Positions 61,806 through 64,000 of a stretch of DNA of 64,000 bases are shown here, piece by piece. The first letter of the stretch is position 1; each line of letters starts with the position of its first letter. The stretch lies in contig NC_045696.1 of NCBI RefSeq assembly GCF_009834535.1, forward strand, positions 111,912,001 to 111,976,000. The letters run 5' to 3'. The notes beneath the pieces were generated by a model, which was given only the letters and a program-made list of their open reading frames with translations, searched no databases and was not told the DNA's origin. Source of the DNA: Camelus ferus (Eukaryota). Position numbers and translations under genes: made by a program.

Positions 61806-61917
61806 CTCACTCTTCCCTCGAGGCTCCAGGAAACCATTTTCAACAGTGTGGACAACTTTTACTGCCAAGTAGCTTAACTGCAAAGAGGTTCTCAGCCTCT
61901 TAACCTACCATTATTTA

Positions 61918-61921
<4 letters not shown>

Positions 61922-61995
<74 letters not shown>
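61922..61995 (+). repeat. (TA)~29 microsatellite plus T-run at the L1 tail
   Basis: Read directly; adjoins the poly(A) end of the minus-strand L1. Confidence 0.92.
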
Positions 61996-64000
61996 GCATT
62001 TTATTTATTTAAAAAATTTTTATTGACATATAGTTGATTTACAATGTTGTGTTACTTTCAAGTGCTCAGCAACGTGGTTCAGTTATACATACTTACATAT
62101 ATATGTATATACTTAAAAAATTTTTTTTTCCATTATAGGTTACTACAAGATATTGAATACAATTCCCTGTGCTACACAGTAGATCCTTGTTTATCTATTT
62201 CACAGCTAGTTGTTAATCCCAAACTCCTAATTAATCCCTCCCTACTTCCCTTTCCCCTTCGGTAAACATAGTTTGGTTTCCATGTCTGTGAGTCTATTTC
62301 TGGTTTGTAAATAAGTTCCTTTGAATTTTTTTTTAGATTCCATGATATGATATTTGTCTTTCTCTGTCTGACTTACTTCACTTAGTATGATCATCTCTAG
62401 GTCCATCCATGTTGCTGGAAATGGCATTATTTCATTCTTTTTTGTCTGAGTAATATTCTACTATATATATATATAATACACACACACACCACATCTTCTT
62501 TATCCAGTCATCTGTTGATGGACATTTAGGTTGCTTCCATGTCTTGGCTATTGTAAACAGTACTGCTGTGAACATTAGGGTGCATGTGTATCTTTTCAAA
62601 TTAGAGTTCTTGTCTTTTCTGGATATATGCCCAGGAATGGAATTGCTGGATGATATGGTAATGGTATTTTTTGACTTTTAAGGAACCTCCATTCTGTTTT
62701 CCATAGTGCCCACACCAATTTACATTCCCACCAACAGTGTAGAAGGATTCCCTTTTCCTCACACCCTCTCCAGCATTTATTATTAGTAGACTTTTGGACA
62801 ATGGCTATTCTGACTGGTGTGAGGTGATACCTCATTGTAGTTTTTATTTGCATTTCTTTATTAATGAGTGATGTTAAACACCTTTTCATATGCCTGTTGG
62901 CCATTTGTATGTCTTCTTTGGAGAAATGTCTATTTATGTCTTCAGCTCATTTTTTATTGGGTTGTTTGTTTTTTGATATTTGATATTAAGCTGTATGATC
63001 TGTTTGTATATTTTATAAATTAATCCCTGTCAGTTGCATCATTTGAAAATATTTTCTCCCATTATGCAGGCTGTCTTTTCATTTTACGATTTCCCTTGCT
63101 GTGAAAAAGCTTTTCAGTTAAATTAGGTCCCACTTATTTATTTTTGCTTTTATTTCCAATACTCTAGGAGAAGAATGCAAAAAAAAATACTGCTGCAATT
63201 TATCTCAGTGTTCTGCTTGTGTTTTCCACTAGGAGTTACAGAGTATCTGGTCTTATATTTAGGGCTTTAACCCATTTTGAGTTTATTTTTGTATATGGTG
63301 TTAGAGAATGTTCTAATTTCATTCTTTTGCATGCAGCTGTCCAGTTTTCCCAGCACCATTTATTGAAGAGACTTCCTTTTCTCCATTGTATATTCTTGCA
63401 TCCTTTGTTGTAGATTAATTGACTATAAGTGCATGGGTTTATTTGTGAACTTTCTTCTGTTCCATTAATCTGTACGTCTGTTTTTGTGCAAGTACCATAC
63501 TTCTTTGATTACTGTAGCTTTGTAGTATAGTCTAAAGTCAGGGAGCATGATTCCTCCAGCTCCATTCTTCTTTCTCAAGATTGTTTTGGCTCTTTAGGGT
63601 CTTTTGTATTTCCATACAAATTAAAATTTTTTTTCACTTCTGTGAAAAATACCATTGGTAATTTGATAGGGCTTGCACTGAATCTGTATATTGCCTTGGG
63701 TAGTATGGTCATTTGAACAATATTGATTCTTCCAATCCAAGAACACAGTATGTCTTTCCATCTGTTTGTCTTGTCTTCAGTTTCTTTCACCAGCATCTTA
63801 CAGTTTTTGGAGTGCAGGTCTTTTGCCTTCTTAGGTGGGTTTATTCCAAGGTATATTATTGTTCTTGATGCGATGCATATGGGATTGCTTCCTTAATTTC
63901 TTTTTCTGATATTTTGTCATTAGCATATAGAAATGCAACAGATTTCTCTATATTAATTTTGTATTCTGCAACTTTACCAAATTCATTGATGAGCTCTAGT
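61981..64000 (-). mobile_element. L1 LINE (ORF2 C-terminal part and 3'UTR; disrupted; runs off the window)
   Basis: ORF2p fragments MANRHMKRC...MRYHLTPVR...CWRGC...[10 protein letters not shown] (62596-62904) and [28 protein letters not shown] (63575-63796), separated by frameshifts and stops. Confidence 0.95.

Larger units (their letters stand above)
26580..64000 (-). other. RARB: RARB gene span in window (5'-truncated; DNA-binding-domain exons lie beyond the right edge)
   Basis: Five exons (899 nt, entering in phase 1) encode hinge, LBD and F domain. The FSELATKC / LDILILRI / GAERVITL residues (Ala/Ile/Val) distinguish RARbeta from RARalpha and RARgamma. No zinc-finger exon was seen in 44875-64000. 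Confidence 0.95.

Noticed and set aside
62242..63796. L1 ORF2 fragments as functional CDS
   Set aside because: Broken by frameshifts and stops; a dead retrotransposon.
44875..64000. RARB zinc-finger exon (GFFRRS...CRLQKC)
   Set aside because: Not found by eye or in the ORF track; presumably beyond the window end.
1..64000. CRISPR arrays, operons, prokaryotic defence systems, snoRNA or miRNA genes
   Set aside because: This is a spliced mammalian locus. No repeat-spacer arrays were seen, and no small-RNA gene could be supported by eye; an Rfam/Infernal scan would be needed to exclude one.

Overview
Mammalian genomic DNA, very likely a camelid, judged from a tRNA-Ala-derived vic-1-type SINE at about 11.8 kb. 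It holds two known genes arranged tail-to-tail. Plus strand: the 3' part of TOP2B (DNA topoisomerase II beta), 23 coding exons from 741 to the TAA at 26206-26208. These splice (all GT-AG) into 3183 nt, or 1060 aa plus stop, covering the end of TOPRIM, the catalytic Tyr exon and the C-terminal domain. Minus strand: the last five coding exons of RARB (hinge, ligand-binding and F domains; 44874 down to the TAG at 27854-27856), an approximately 1.27-kb 3'UTR, and a long intron running off the right end. The two poly(A) regions nearly touch at about 26.5-26.6 kb, close to a shift from AT-rich to GC/CpG-rich DNA. The rest is intronic, with L1, L2, MIR, MER, MLT1 and microsatellite repeats; repeat family calls are by eye from remembered consensus sequences. 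I found no prokaryote-type system, CRISPR array or new protein-coding gene. The best leads are unverified regulatory candidates: a stop-containing micro- or terminal exon in the last TOP2B intron, an in-frame mini-exon 45 nt upstream of a TOP2B CTD exon, an alternative RARB donor that would remove AF-2, a perfect DR2 element inside RARB's own last exon, and a near-palindromic bidirectional poly(A) element.
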